A stretch of DNA of 64,000 nucleotides from Bacteroidales bacterium. Its GTDB lineage: Bacteria; Bacteroidota; Bacteroidia; Bacteroidales; UBA7960. Shown piece by piece: positions 39,579 through 48,333 of the stretch (its first letter is position 1; each line of letters opens with the position of its first letter). The DNA is taken from the NCBI GenBank assembly GCA_031323845.1, contig JAVIYP010000002.1:17065-81064 (forward strand), read 5' to 3'. Below the pieces are notes generated by a model. It had not been told where the DNA came from, searched no databases, and saw nothing but the letters and a program-made list of their open reading frames with translations. A program made the translations under genes and the position numbers.

Positions 39579-40190
39579 TCATTGTTCCAGGCCACTTAAT
39601 GCTGCAATTTCGTTCAATGTGCTGAAGATCTCTCTTGCCATGCTACGCGGAAGAGCCGATAAGCCCAGATAGTCCTTACGCACTTTGTTTAACAGATGCA
39701 TGCCGGGCTTTTCACCGGTCATCGCAGCATAAATTAAGGTGGAAACTGCCGTGCGCATCGGATTGGCTTTCATGCGGCGGGTGTTTTTGGAATGCCTGGA
39801 AGGATGTATGTGGATATAATATTCCTCTGTATCATCGCCCTGGCGCAATGTCCATTCTGAATCATCAGAAATGCTAACCTGCCAGTAAAGATGAGTGGAC
39901 CTTTCTATCCACTGCAGGTAAGCGTCTTTTTCATAAACATCGAAGTTCTTTAACTGCTGAGTAATATCTGCGGCAATATCCCGGGTTGAAAGACTTCCTG
40001 TGTAGATATCAAACTGCGACTCGCCCAGCATTTTCAGCTTGGCCACAAATAAGGGAAACAGTTCAACGGGTTTGTTAGCCCACCGCCTTATCTGATCAAT
40101 GAGAAACCATTGGTGATGCTTCCATCCGTTGAGCATCACCGGGGCCTCGGTGCAGCTTTTGCTTTTCAATATGTTCGACGGTGCATTCAT
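39579..40190 (-). CDS. Hypothetical protein, no recognisable domain
   Basis: 203-aa ORF. A perfect promoter box lies 16 nt upstream. No TM or signal peptide seen. Confidence 0.55.
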   Translation of the reverse strand: MNAPSNILKSKSCTEAPVMLNGWKHHQWFLIDQIRRWANKPVELFPLFVAKLKMLGESQFDIYTGSLSTRDIAADITQQLKNFDVYEKDAYLQWIERSTHLYWQVSISDDSEWTLRQGDDTEEYYIHIHPSRHSKNTRRMKANPMRTAVSTLIYAAMTGEKPGMHLLNKVRKDYLGLSALPRSMAREIFSTLNEIAALSGLEQ

Positions 40191-40205
40191 AAGCTTTTAT
40201 CATTA

Positions 40206-40213
40206 CAAAGATA
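40206..40213 (-). promoter_or_regulatory. -7 promoter box (TATCTTTG) upstream of the hypothetical gene
   Basis: Perfect TAnnTTTG on the minus strand, 16 nt upstream of the ATG at 40190. Confidence 0.4.
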
Positions 40214-40225
40214 AAGCATTATGCT

Positions 40226-40264
40226 AAAAAGCCATGATTAATGTTAATGAAATGGCTTTTTTTT
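40226..40264. other. Terminator-like hairpin in a divergent intergenic region
   Basis: AAAAAGCCAT-(16 nt loop containing TTAATG TTAATG)-ATGGCTTTTT plus a T-run. It is symmetric A/T-flanked, so it could act on either strand. Confidence 0.5.
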
Positions 40265-40341
40265 CGGACATTTGCAATCAGGTTTCCTGATACCGGAACT
40301 GAATTGCAAAACACTGATTGAATTCATAAATCCTCATTTTT

Positions 40342-41187
40342 ATGTCTGAACTAAATGAATTAAAAAGAATAGCCACACAGGTACGCCGCGATATTTTGCG
40401 CATGGTGTACGGGGCACAATCAGGCCACCCGGGTGGTCCGCTGGGTTGTGCTGATTTGCTGACGGCTTTGTTTTTTCATGAACTTAAACATAAGTCTTCT
40501 GATTTTTCTATGGATGGGAACGGAGAAGACTTATTCTTTCTTTCCAATGGTCATTTGTCGGCCGGATGGTACAGTGTCCTGGCCCGCAGCGGCTATTTTA
40601 AGGTTTCTGAACTGGCTACTTTCAGGCGTATTGACTCACGCTTGCAGGGCCATCCGGCAACCCATGAGGGCTTGCCCGGGGTTCGCGTTGCCAGCGGCTC
40701 GCTGGGGCAGGGGTTGAGTGTTGCCTGTGGTGCAGCGCTCAGTAAAAAGCTTAACAACGATCCACGGCTGGTCTATTGCCTGATGGGCGACGGCGAGCAG
40801 CAGGAAGGCCAGATATGGGAAGCAGCCATGTTTGCTGCCGGAAGAAAGATCGACAACCTTATCGGCATCGTCGATTATAATGGTCAGCAAATTGACGGAC
40901 CGGTTGATGAAATCATGCCCCTGGGCGATCTTAAAGCAAAATGGGAGGCTTTTGGATGGAAGGTGCTGGAAATGAATGGAAACATCATGGAAGAAGTGTT
41001 GGAGACACTGAAAAAAGCACAGTCATTGTGTGGAAAGCAAGTACCGGTAATGATCCTCATGCGTACCGAAATGGGTTTTGGTGTGGACTTTATGATGGGA
41101 ACTCACGAATGGCACGGCAAACCACCAAATGACGAGCAGTTTGAACGCGCCATGTCAAATTTTGAGGAAACCCTGGGCGACTATTAA
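40342..41187 (+). CDS. Transketolase, N-terminal (TPP-binding) subunit
   Basis: 281 aa. GHPGGPLGCADL, LSNGH and GSLGQGLSVACG motifs of split transketolase. Confidence 0.9.
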   Translation: MSELNELKRIATQVRRDILRMVYGAQSGHPGGPLGCADLLTALFFHELKHKSSDFSMDGNGEDLFFLSNGHLSAGWYSVLARSGYFKVSELATFRRIDSRLQGHPATHEGLPGVRVASGSLGQGLSVACGAALSKKLNNDPRLVYCLMGDGEQQEGQIWEAAMFAAGRKIDNLIGIVDYNGQQIDGPVDEIMPLGDLKAKWEAFGWKVLEMNGNIMEEVLETLKKAQSLCGKQVPVMILMRTEMGFGVDFMMGTHEWHGKPPNDEQFERAMSNFEETLGDY

Positions 41188-41339
41188 AGCGGCGGCCAAT
41201 CCGTTTACCCTGCCTTAATGGTTTGCGGAAAAAGGCACGGACCAGGTCTTCAATGCTGCACCTGACCACTAGCATGCCTGCTTTTAAGTAAAAACGACGT
41301 TTGGAAACATCGCAATATGTTAAAAATAAGGAACAGAAA

Positions 41340-42293
41340 ATGAAAGAATACAGTTTTTTGGAAAAAAAAGATACACGCAGTGGATTTGGCGCCGGTTTGC
41401 TGGCCCTCGGAGAAATGAACCCGGATGTGGTCGCCTTGTGCGCCGACCTGACCGGTTCGATGGTAATGAACCATTTCAAACAGAAGTTTCCCGAACGTTT
41501 TTTCCAGGTTGGTATTGCGGAGGCCAATATGATGGGCATTGCCGCCGGATTAACCATTGGGGGCAAAATCCCCTTTACAGGCACCTTTGCCAACTTCAGC
41601 ACCGGAAGGGTATATGACCAGATCAGGCAATCCATTGCCTATTCGCATAAAAATGTCAAGATATGCGCTTCTCACGCAGGTATTACCCTGGGCGAAGATG
41701 GTGCAACGCACCAGATGCTCGAAGATATTGGAATGATGCGCATGCTGCCGAATATGTGTGTTGTCGTTCCCTGTGATCATAACCAGACCCGTGCGGCAAC
41801 CCTTGCCGTTGCCCGGCACGAAGGCCCCGTTTATCTGCGCTTTGGCCGTCCCAAGGTGCCAAACTTCACCCCGGCTGATGCTGACTTTGAGATCGGTAAA
41901 AATATCGTGCTTAATGAGGGTGGAGATGTCAGTATCTTTGCCTGCGGACATATGGTCTGGGAGGCGCTCGAAGCAGGTAAAGAACTATATGCCAGGGGAA
42001 TATTTGCGGATATTATAAATGTTCATACGATTAAACCTTTGGACGAAACCGGCGTCATACAATCGGTAGCAAAAACCGGTTGTGCAGTTACGGCCGAAGA
42101 ACACCAGGTGAATGGTGGCCTGGGAGATGTAATTGCACAGTTTCTGGCAAAAAAGCATCCGGCACCGGTTGAAATGGTTGCCGTAAATGACAGGTTTGGC
42201 GAAAGCGGTAAACCGCATGATCTTATGAAAAAATACGGCCTTACTTCAACCGATATTGTTCATGCTGCATTAAGAGCAATCAAACGAAAGTAG
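41340..42293 (+). CDS. Transketolase, C-terminal (pyrimidine-binding) subunit
   Basis: [26 protein letters not shown]; [17 protein letters not shown]. Start taken at ATG 41340 (MKEYSF). Confidence 0.9.
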   Translation: MKEYSFLEKKDTRSGFGAGLLALGEMNPDVVALCADLTGSMVMNHFKQKFPERFFQVGIAEANMMGIAAGLTIGGKIPFTGTFANFSTGRVYDQIRQSIAYSHKNVKICASHAGITLGEDGATHQMLEDIGMMRMLPNMCVVVPCDHNQTRAATLAVARHEGPVYLRFGRPKVPNFTPADADFEIGKNIVLNEGGDVSIFACGHMVWEALEAGKELYARGIFADIINVHTIKPLDETGVIQSVAKTGCAVTAEEHQVNGGLGDVIAQFLAKKHPAPVEMVAVNDRFGESGKPHDLMKKYGLTSTDIVHAALRAIKRK

Positions 42294-42309
42294 GCGAATC
42301 TCAACAGGC

Positions 42310-42855
42310 ATGCAACACTATTCGGATGATGAATTATTGAAGCTTTTTTTTGATGGCGATAATCCGAACTATGCCTTCAACCTCATCGTCAGGAAGCACC
42401 AGGAAGCCGTTTACTGGCACGTCAGGCGACTGGTGATCAGTCACGAAGATGCCAATGATATCGTTCAGGAGGTGTTTTTAAAGGCCTGGAAAGCCCTGCC
42501 CGCCTTCAGGGGAGATGCTGCCTTGTTTACCTGGCTTTATCGCATTGCCACCAACGAAAGTCTCTCTTTCCTGAAAAAGAAAAAAAGACGGGCATTGATC
42601 TCCTTGCGCGATGCTGACAAGCAACTTGAAGAAACCCTGGAAGCAGATGTCTATTACCAAGGCTCGGATATCCAGAAAAAAATCCAGAAAGCCATCCTGA
42701 AACTTCCTGAAAAACAAAGGGCAGTCTTTAACCTGAGGTATTATGACGAAATGAAGTACGAAGATATGGCCGAAGTTCTCAGCACTACGGTGGGTGCGCT
42801 GAAAGCTTCATACCACCATGCCGTAAAGAAAATTGAGAAATACATCATGGCCTGA
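42310..42855 (+). CDS. ECF-type RNA polymerase sigma-70 factor
   Basis: 181 aa. Region 2 (DANDIVQEVFLKAW) and region 4 (LPEKQRAVFNLRYYDEMKYEDMAEVL). Confidence 0.9.
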   Translation: MQHYSDDELLKLFFDGDNPNYAFNLIVRKHQEAVYWHVRRLVISHEDANDIVQEVFLKAWKALPAFRGDAALFTWLYRIATNESLSFLKKKKRRALISLRDADKQLEETLEADVYYQGSDIQKKIQKAILKLPEKQRAVFNLRYYDEMKYEDMAEVLSTTVGALKASYHHAVKKIEKYIMA

Positions 42856-42904
42856 TTAAACCAACCGGTAAAGCAACCATCTAAACTATAAGCACAGTAA
42901 AACA

Positions 42905-43429
42905 ATGGGTGATAAAGAAAAATACAGTGAAACAGCCAGGGAGCTCAAGCAAATGAACAGCAGGCTCGGCGACCACCAGGATGATTCCGGGTTTCGCGTG
43001 CCGGCTTCTTATTTCGATGAGCTGCCTCAAACCATCGGAGAAAGGATCCGGCAACAGCAGGAAATACCCGCCAGCAGCTTCCCGTGGCTATCTTACAAAA
43101 GACTCATACCCCTGGTGGCCGGAGTGCTGCTGCTTGGAGCGCTTATGTTTAGCCTGCTTTTGACAGACAGTACTGAACGCTATGATGACTTTTATGCCAT
43201 GGAGCAACACATCGAGCAGGAGCTGTTTGCCCTGTATCCCGGCTATGAGCGCGAATTCTATTATGAGGTAATCATGGATTCTGACATCACCAGTGACGAT
43301 ATTCTTTTTGAATTAGAATTTGGTATCTTTGATTATTCAGAGGATTATGAAGACCTTCTGGAGCTTATGTTTGAGAATGCCGGTTATTATGGTATTGACA
43401 GCCGGTATCTTCTTTCTTATTTAGATTAG
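42905..43429 (+). CDS. Single-pass membrane protein, putative anti-sigma factor (by position only)
   Basis: 174 aa with one TM (LIPLVAGVLLLGALMFSLLL), immediately downstream of the ECF sigma gene. Confidence 0.4.
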   Translation: MGDKEKYSETARELKQMNSRLGDHQDDSGFRVPASYFDELPQTIGERIRQQQEIPASSFPWLSYKRLIPLVAGVLLLGALMFSLLLTDSTERYDDFYAMEQHIEQELFALYPGYEREFYYEVIMDSDITSDDILFELEFGIFDYSEDYEDLLELMFENAGYYGIDSRYLLSYLD

Positions 43430-43454
43430 TGAATGAATTTTGAATGAAATCAAT

Positions 43455-43940
43455 ATGAAACGTATACTGATTTTTGCCCTGATCATTTTTCCAGCTGCGC
43501 TTCTTTTTTCGCAGCCAGGCCAAAGGCAGGCCATGACTCCCGGCGATAGCAGGAGAGAGGCCATTGAGGCCCGGAAAATATCATACCTCACAAAAATGCT
43601 GGAGCTAACGCCCGCTGAAGCCAAAGCATTCTGGCCTATATACAACGAATATAACCGCAAGGTCGAAGAACTGGCAACCATCAGCCGTACCCGTCGCGAA
43701 AACATTGAGGAAATTGCAGCCTTAAGCGAAGAAGAAGCCCGGCGCCTGGTGGAACAAGACCTGGAGCATTTTGAAACTGCAGCTGCACTACGCAGGGAGT
43801 ATACAGAAAGAATGCTGGAAGTAATATCGATTAAAAAGGTAGCCATCCTTTTCGAGGCAGAGCGAAGCTTCAACCGCATGCTTTTCAGGGAAGCGCAGAG
43901 GCGCCACCGTCCTGACGGCAGGGGCTTCCGGGGAGAGTAA
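43455..43940 (+). CDS. Secreted helical protein with a Spy/CpxP-like LTP motif, third gene of the ECF module
   Basis: Signal peptide MKRILIFALIIFPAALLFSQ and LELTPAEAKAFWPIYNEYNRK. Confidence 0.5.
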   Translation: MKRILIFALIIFPAALLFSQPGQRQAMTPGDSRREAIEARKISYLTKMLELTPAEAKAFWPIYNEYNRKVEELATISRTRRENIEEIAALSEEEARRLVEQDLEHFETAAALRREYTERMLEVISIKKVAILFEAERSFNRMLFREAQRRHRPDGRGFRGE

Positions 43941-43941
43941 C

Positions 43942-44706
43942 TCAGATGACCTCCAAAGCAGTTTTCCTGATCCAGCCGGTATTGCCGTTGGGCAGTTTTA
44001 CCTCGAACCAGTCCTGAAGCTCCGTGGTGATCAGCACGGTGGTCCCTTCATGAAGAGCAAACAAATCAACACCCCGCTCACTTGGTGCGCTTTTGGCCGT
44101 TATTCGCGGAGCCATGATAACAGCCTCCTGCCTGACATGGTTCAGGTAGTATTGCCGGTTGACCGAATATAATGCGGCCAGCGAAGCGAACAGCAGGACC
44201 ATTCCCACAGTGAAAAACAACTTCTTCAGGAAGGTCTTTCCGGCCACGAAAAACAGACCGGTGCAGATCGCCAGGGCAATAACCAGGACTACCAGTGTTT
44301 TTGCCCATCCATCCACACTTTGCAACCGGATAAACTGGTCACGCCACTCAAGAAAAAACAATTGAGGCAAGTGCTCAAAGTTGTCAATGATTTCAGCCCT
44401 GGCCAGTCTCAGGTTATGCTGTATGGCTGCATCATTCGGACTAAGACGACGTGCCCTTTCATAGTTGAGAATGGCTTTTCCGTGCTGTCCTGTCTGGTAA
44501 TAGGCATTCCCCAGGTTATAATACAGTGCTGCCGACTCCCACTGCATCCCGCGAATTGACTCATAGAGCTCAATTGCCTCATAATACGTTTCATTCATGT
44601 AAGCCTGGTTGGCTTTCTCCATTAGTATGCCCGGGTTGTCGCCATATGCCGCAAAGGCCATGAAAACAGCCAACAGCCCGCTTATATGTGTGGTCGTTAA
44701 TCTCAT
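43942..44706 (-). CDS. batE: BatE-like TPR plus SH3b domain protein
   Basis: TPR repeats, 2 TM, and a C-terminal SH3-like end (WFEVKLPNGNTGWIRKTALEVI). Last gene of the Bat operon; ATGA overlap with batD. Confidence 0.75.
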   Translation of the reverse strand: MRLTTTHISGLLAVFMAFAAYGDNPGILMEKANQAYMNETYYEAIELYESIRGMQWESAALYYNLGNAYYQTGQHGKAILNYERARRLSPNDAAIQHNLRLARAEIIDNFEHLPQLFFLEWRDQFIRLQSVDGWAKTLVVLVIALAICTGLFFVAGKTFLKKLFFTVGMVLLFASLAALYSVNRQYYLNHVRQEAVIMAPRITAKSAPSERGVDLFALHEGTTVLITTELQDWFEVKLPNGNTGWIRKTALEVI

Positions 44707-46556
44707 AGCCTGTCTGCTGACTGTTTACGCAATTCCTTTTCAAGTGTTATGATGGTGTCCATGGCGGTCTGGTAGGTTTCCTGCATCGGGTTTTCAAGGC
44801 TGGAAGGCGCGAAACGTGCAAACTCGCATTCTTCAAGACTCTTCAGGAACTTTTCCGCCAGCGCTGCTGCCACTTTTTTCTCCCTGAATATTGCGGCAAC
44901 CTGCTCCTTGTTTAATTGTGCGGGAGGGATGTTCAGCTTGTCGGAAATATACCCCCATAAGGTCCTGAAAATCTCATCATAGAACTCTTTTTGCCTGCCT
45001 TCCTGCATAAACCGGTAGGCCTGTTTCAGTCTTTTCCGTGCCACCTTCCTGGCTTTTTTTGTTCGCAGCATGGCTGTATTCCTGTGTTCCTTCAATCGCT
45101 TTCTGTACATCATCAAAAAAATAAGGAGCAGGACAAATGGACTTGTTATGAGGATGTAAAAACCGGTGCTTTTAAAAAACAAGGTTTCTGTCACTCTCCA
45201 GTTGCCTGTATGTAATTTGATGAAGCGGATATCTTCGGCGAACATTCTGGAATCGGCACGCAACGACCTGTCACGGGTATAAAGATCTGCCTCGCCGCTG
45301 ACATTTAGTATGAAAGGTCCGGCGGTTTGCATTACGTATTGTCCCTTTTTGGGATCAAAATAGCTGAACCGCACCGCTGGTATTTCAGCAGGACCCGCTG
45401 ACCGGGGTATGACAAGGTAGTCAAAAAGCCGGCTGCCGCTTATTCCGCTTAAGCTTACTTCAATGTCCTCTTCTATACGCGGATCAAATACTTCCAGGTG
45501 CCGTGGAAACTGGATATTGGGTGGTTCCAGCATCCTTATGTTTCCGGTACCACTGATGCTGATGATAAAATTACTTGCATCGTTAATGTCAAGTTCATCC
45601 GGGCGTAGCCAGGCTTGCAGTTCGTAGCTGCCGACCGCGCCGTTAAATTCCGGTGGCCTGTTTTGTGCTGGCAAAGGCTGCACTTCAACGGTGAGGGCAT
45701 TGGAGTGTACTCTGTGCTGTACGGTCTGGAAGCTGTCAAACCGGCTGCCCCCGAAAAACTCGTCAAATATACTGCCACGCCGCTGTGGTTGAGGCCTCCG
45801 TACCCGTACACCCATGTCAACCGCCAGGGGATTTATCCTGAGCTCTCCGGAATGCTGGGGAAACAAAGCTACACGTCTGATCTCCGCCACACGATAACTG
45901 ACTCCGTTGACGATCTCGCTGGTAACCTGTGTCTGACGGCCGCTGAGGGTTTCAGACCAGAACCCCTGGTAGGAGGGAAGACCATCAATGGTGTAGCTGG
46001 TGATGTCAAGCCGCGTGTAAAGCAGATAAGTGACGATGATCTGTTCTCCCCGGAAAGGTGTTTTGTTGTCGACTTTGGCTCGTATAAAAATGTCTTCAGG
46101 GCCGGGTATTTCCATGTGTTCGGGAGTTTGCGGGGCAGCCCGGGGATCAGATGAGGGAGGCGGTGATGCCCTGCGTTGCGTAACCCTTATGTGGTGTGGT
46201 CCGGCCTTGTAGCTTTCTCCCCCAACCACTACCGTGGCACCATCAATCACAAACTCACCTTCTTCATGAGCTTCCAGGATATAGGTGTAACTGACAGTAT
46301 GTGTCGTGGTTACCTGCCTGTTCACGATCTGGGTAGAGCTGCTGCTCGACTGGCTTGGCCCGGAAACAATGCGGAAATCACCCATGGAGGGGGGGGTGAA
46401 TTGATCGGGCCTGGCATTTACACTGAAGACCATATGAAAACGTTCGCCTGCAGCAACTTCAGCAGGCGCCGAAACCGTTAACGATATGTCGTTTGCCGTG
46501 GCTTTCGGCCCTGCAAGAACCAGGAAAAGAATCCATATAAGCATGCTATGTTTCAT
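44703..46556 (-). CDS. batD: BatD family (oxygen tolerance) protein
   Basis: 617 aa. Signal peptide, large extracytoplasmic region, TM near residue 470, cytoplasmic tail. Size and architecture are typical of BatD. Confidence 0.75.
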   Translation of the reverse strand: MKHSMLIWILFLVLAGPKATANDISLTVSAPAEVAAGERFHMVFSVNARPDQFTPPSMGDFRIVSGPSQSSSSSTQIVNRQVTTTHTVSYTYILEAHEEGEFVIDGATVVVGGESYKAGPHHIRVTQRRASPPPSSDPRAAPQTPEHMEIPGPEDIFIRAKVDNKTPFRGEQIIVTYLLYTRLDITSYTIDGLPSYQGFWSETLSGRQTQVTSEIVNGVSYRVAEIRRVALFPQHSGELRINPLAVDMGVRVRRPQPQRRGSIFDEFFGGSRFDSFQTVQHRVHSNALTVEVQPLPAQNRPPEFNGAVGSYELQAWLRPDELDINDASNFIISISGTGNIRMLEPPNIQFPRHLEVFDPRIEEDIEVSLSGISGSRLFDYLVIPRSAGPAEIPAVRFSYFDPKKGQYVMQTAGPFILNVSGEADLYTRDRSLRADSRMFAEDIRFIKLHTGNWRVTETLFFKSTGFYILITSPFVLLLIFLMMYRKRLKEHRNTAMLRTKKARKVARKRLKQAYRFMQEGRQKEFYDEIFRTLWGYISDKLNIPPAQLNKEQVAAIFREKKVAAALAEKFLKSLEECEFARFAPSSLENPMQETYQTAMDTIITLEKELRKQSADRL

Positions 46557-46569
46557 ACGCTGTTGTTGC

Positions 46570-47277
46570 TTACCAGTCTCTGCGGGGTCTCACCGCAGGC
46601 TGTTCCTCTTCTTCACGGTTTATTTCTTCCTGTATCTTCTGCTCCTGCTGTCGCAATGCTTCCAGTATACGCTCGGCGTCCTCCGGTGAAAGCTGATCCG
46701 GTCGCGGAGGAGTGCTGTCTCCGGGCTGCGGCTCCTGCTGACCGTCATCCGGACTGGCAGCCGGTTCATGATCCGTGTCGTTCTGCTCATCCTGGTCATC
46801 GCCATCTTCACCGTTTTGCGGTGAATCATCGGGTGGCAATTCATCAAGAAGCTGAAGTGCATAGGCAAGGTTGTAACGTGTATCGTCATCCATCGGAGCC
46901 AGCCTCAGGGCCTGCTTGTATGCTTCAATGCTTTCAGCAATGTTTCCGGACTTCAGTAATGAGTTTCCGAGGTTGTGCCAGGCTTCCGCCTGTTTCGCTT
47001 CATCAGGAAGCATACCCGTTAGCCCCTGATATATTTCTGCAGCTTCTTCCAGGCGTCCCTGGCGGTACAGGGCATTACCCAGATTGTATAAGGCAGCCCT
47101 GTTGCCGGGGTCCGTTTCCAGAACCTGCCGGTATGTTGCTTCCGCCTCAATAAAACGCTCTTTTTCAAAATACCTGTTGCCCTGCCTTATGAGTTGACGG
47201 TCATTGGCGGCAGACATCACGAATGTGTTTATCAGCAGCAGGAAAACAAATAAAATACACTTTTTCATGAGACACAT
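46570..47277 (-). CDS. batC: BatC-like TPR protein with acidic C-terminal tail
   Basis: Signal or anchor sequence, 3-4 TPRs, and a D/E/P-rich tail. Confidence 0.7.
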   Translation of the reverse strand: MCLMKKCILFVFLLLINTFVMSAANDRQLIRQGNRYFEKERFIEAEATYRQVLETDPGNRAALYNLGNALYRQGRLEEAAEIYQGLTGMLPDEAKQAEAWHNLGNSLLKSGNIAESIEAYKQALRLAPMDDDTRYNLAYALQLLDELPPDDSPQNGEDGDDQDEQNDTDHEPAASPDDGQQEPQPGDSTPPRPDQLSPEDAERILEALRQQEQKIQEEINREEEEQPAVRPRRDW

Positions 47278-47294
47278 GCTCTCCTAATAAAACA

Positions 47295-48323
47295 TTAGCC
47301 AAAGATTTTTATTTTACCCAGGTATTTGTTTTTTCTTTCCGAAACCAGCACTTCAGCAATCAGCAAAAATAAGGCAAGTGCTGCAAAATAGTAGTAACGG
47401 CTTTCATAGTCTGCAAAATGCATGGTGTTGTATTCTTCTTTCTCCATTGTTCGGATGGCTTCCAGGATATCGTCGAGCGACATATCCGGGCCTGTTCCAT
47501 GCCTGAAGATACCCCCGGTAGCCTCAGCAATTTCTCTTAATGTGGCCTCATCATAACGACTGATAACGGTATTGCCCTGTGCGTCTCTCAGGAAGCCGGT
47601 CATCTGGTTGTTTTCTATGAGCGGTATGGGTGCGCCCTCACGGCTGCCGATCCCCACGGTATGGATCACAACACCCTGCTGACCGGCCCTGGCGGCAGCT
47701 GCCCAGGGATCATCGTCGTGGCTTTCGCCATCGCTGATAAGAATGATGATCCTGTTGTGCCGTTCATGCTCACGGAAGGCAAGCAAAGACCTGTCAATGG
47801 CTTTTTCCAGAGACGTGCCCTGCACCGATACGCTGTTGGTGCTGATGGTGCGCAACAGCATTTTAGCCGCAGCGAAATCGTGAGTCAGCGGTACCTGAAG
47901 GTGAGCAGTTCCGGCAAACACTACCAGACCGAAGCGATCCTGCTCTAACTGGTCAATCAACCGGTTAACTGCCAGTTTAGCCCTTTCAAGCCGGTCAGGC
48001 CGTACGTCCTGGGCCAGCATGCTTCGGCTTACATCCAAAGCGACAACGATATCTATACCTTCCAGCCTGCCTTCCTCCAGCCGGCTGCCGGTCTGAGGAT
48101 CTGTCACTGCCATAATGCAGGCAGCGATGCCCAGGATGAACAGGAAAAACTTAAACCATGGCCTGGATGCCGAAACAGCGGGGTGCATCTGAGCCACCAC
48201 CTCCTCGCGGCCAAAACGCCGGAGAGCTAGTTGTCGAAGGTGCCGGAATACCAGAAATACCAGGACCAACAGAGGTATGGCAAAAAAAAGGTAAAAGAAT
48301 TCCGGATGTTCGAAACGAATCAT
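47295..48323 (-). CDS. batB: BatB, VWA domain membrane protein
   Basis: N-terminal 2 TM and a VWA MIDAS motif (VALDVSRSM). Confidence 0.85.
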   Translation of the reverse strand: MIRFEHPEFFYLFFAIPLLVLVFLVFRHLRQLALRRFGREEVVAQMHPAVSASRPWFKFFLFILGIAACIMAVTDPQTGSRLEEGRLEGIDIVVALDVSRSMLAQDVRPDRLERAKLAVNRLIDQLEQDRFGLVVFAGTAHLQVPLTHDFAAAKMLLRTISTNSVSVQGTSLEKAIDRSLLAFREHERHNRIIILISDGESHDDDPWAAAARAGQQGVVIHTVGIGSREGAPIPLIENNQMTGFLRDAQGNTVISRYDEATLREIAEATGGIFRHGTGPDMSLDDILEAIRTMEKEEYNTMHFADYESRYYYFAALALFLLIAEVLVSERKNKYLGKIKIFG

Positions 48324-48333
48324 GACTGAAATA

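Noticed and set aside
40226-40341. TPP riboswitch upstream of the TPP-dependent transketolase.
   Set aside because: The conserved THI-box elements (CUGAGA and ACCUGAUCUGGAUAAUGCCAGCG-like core) are absent. Only a vague CCTGATACCGGA similarity exists.
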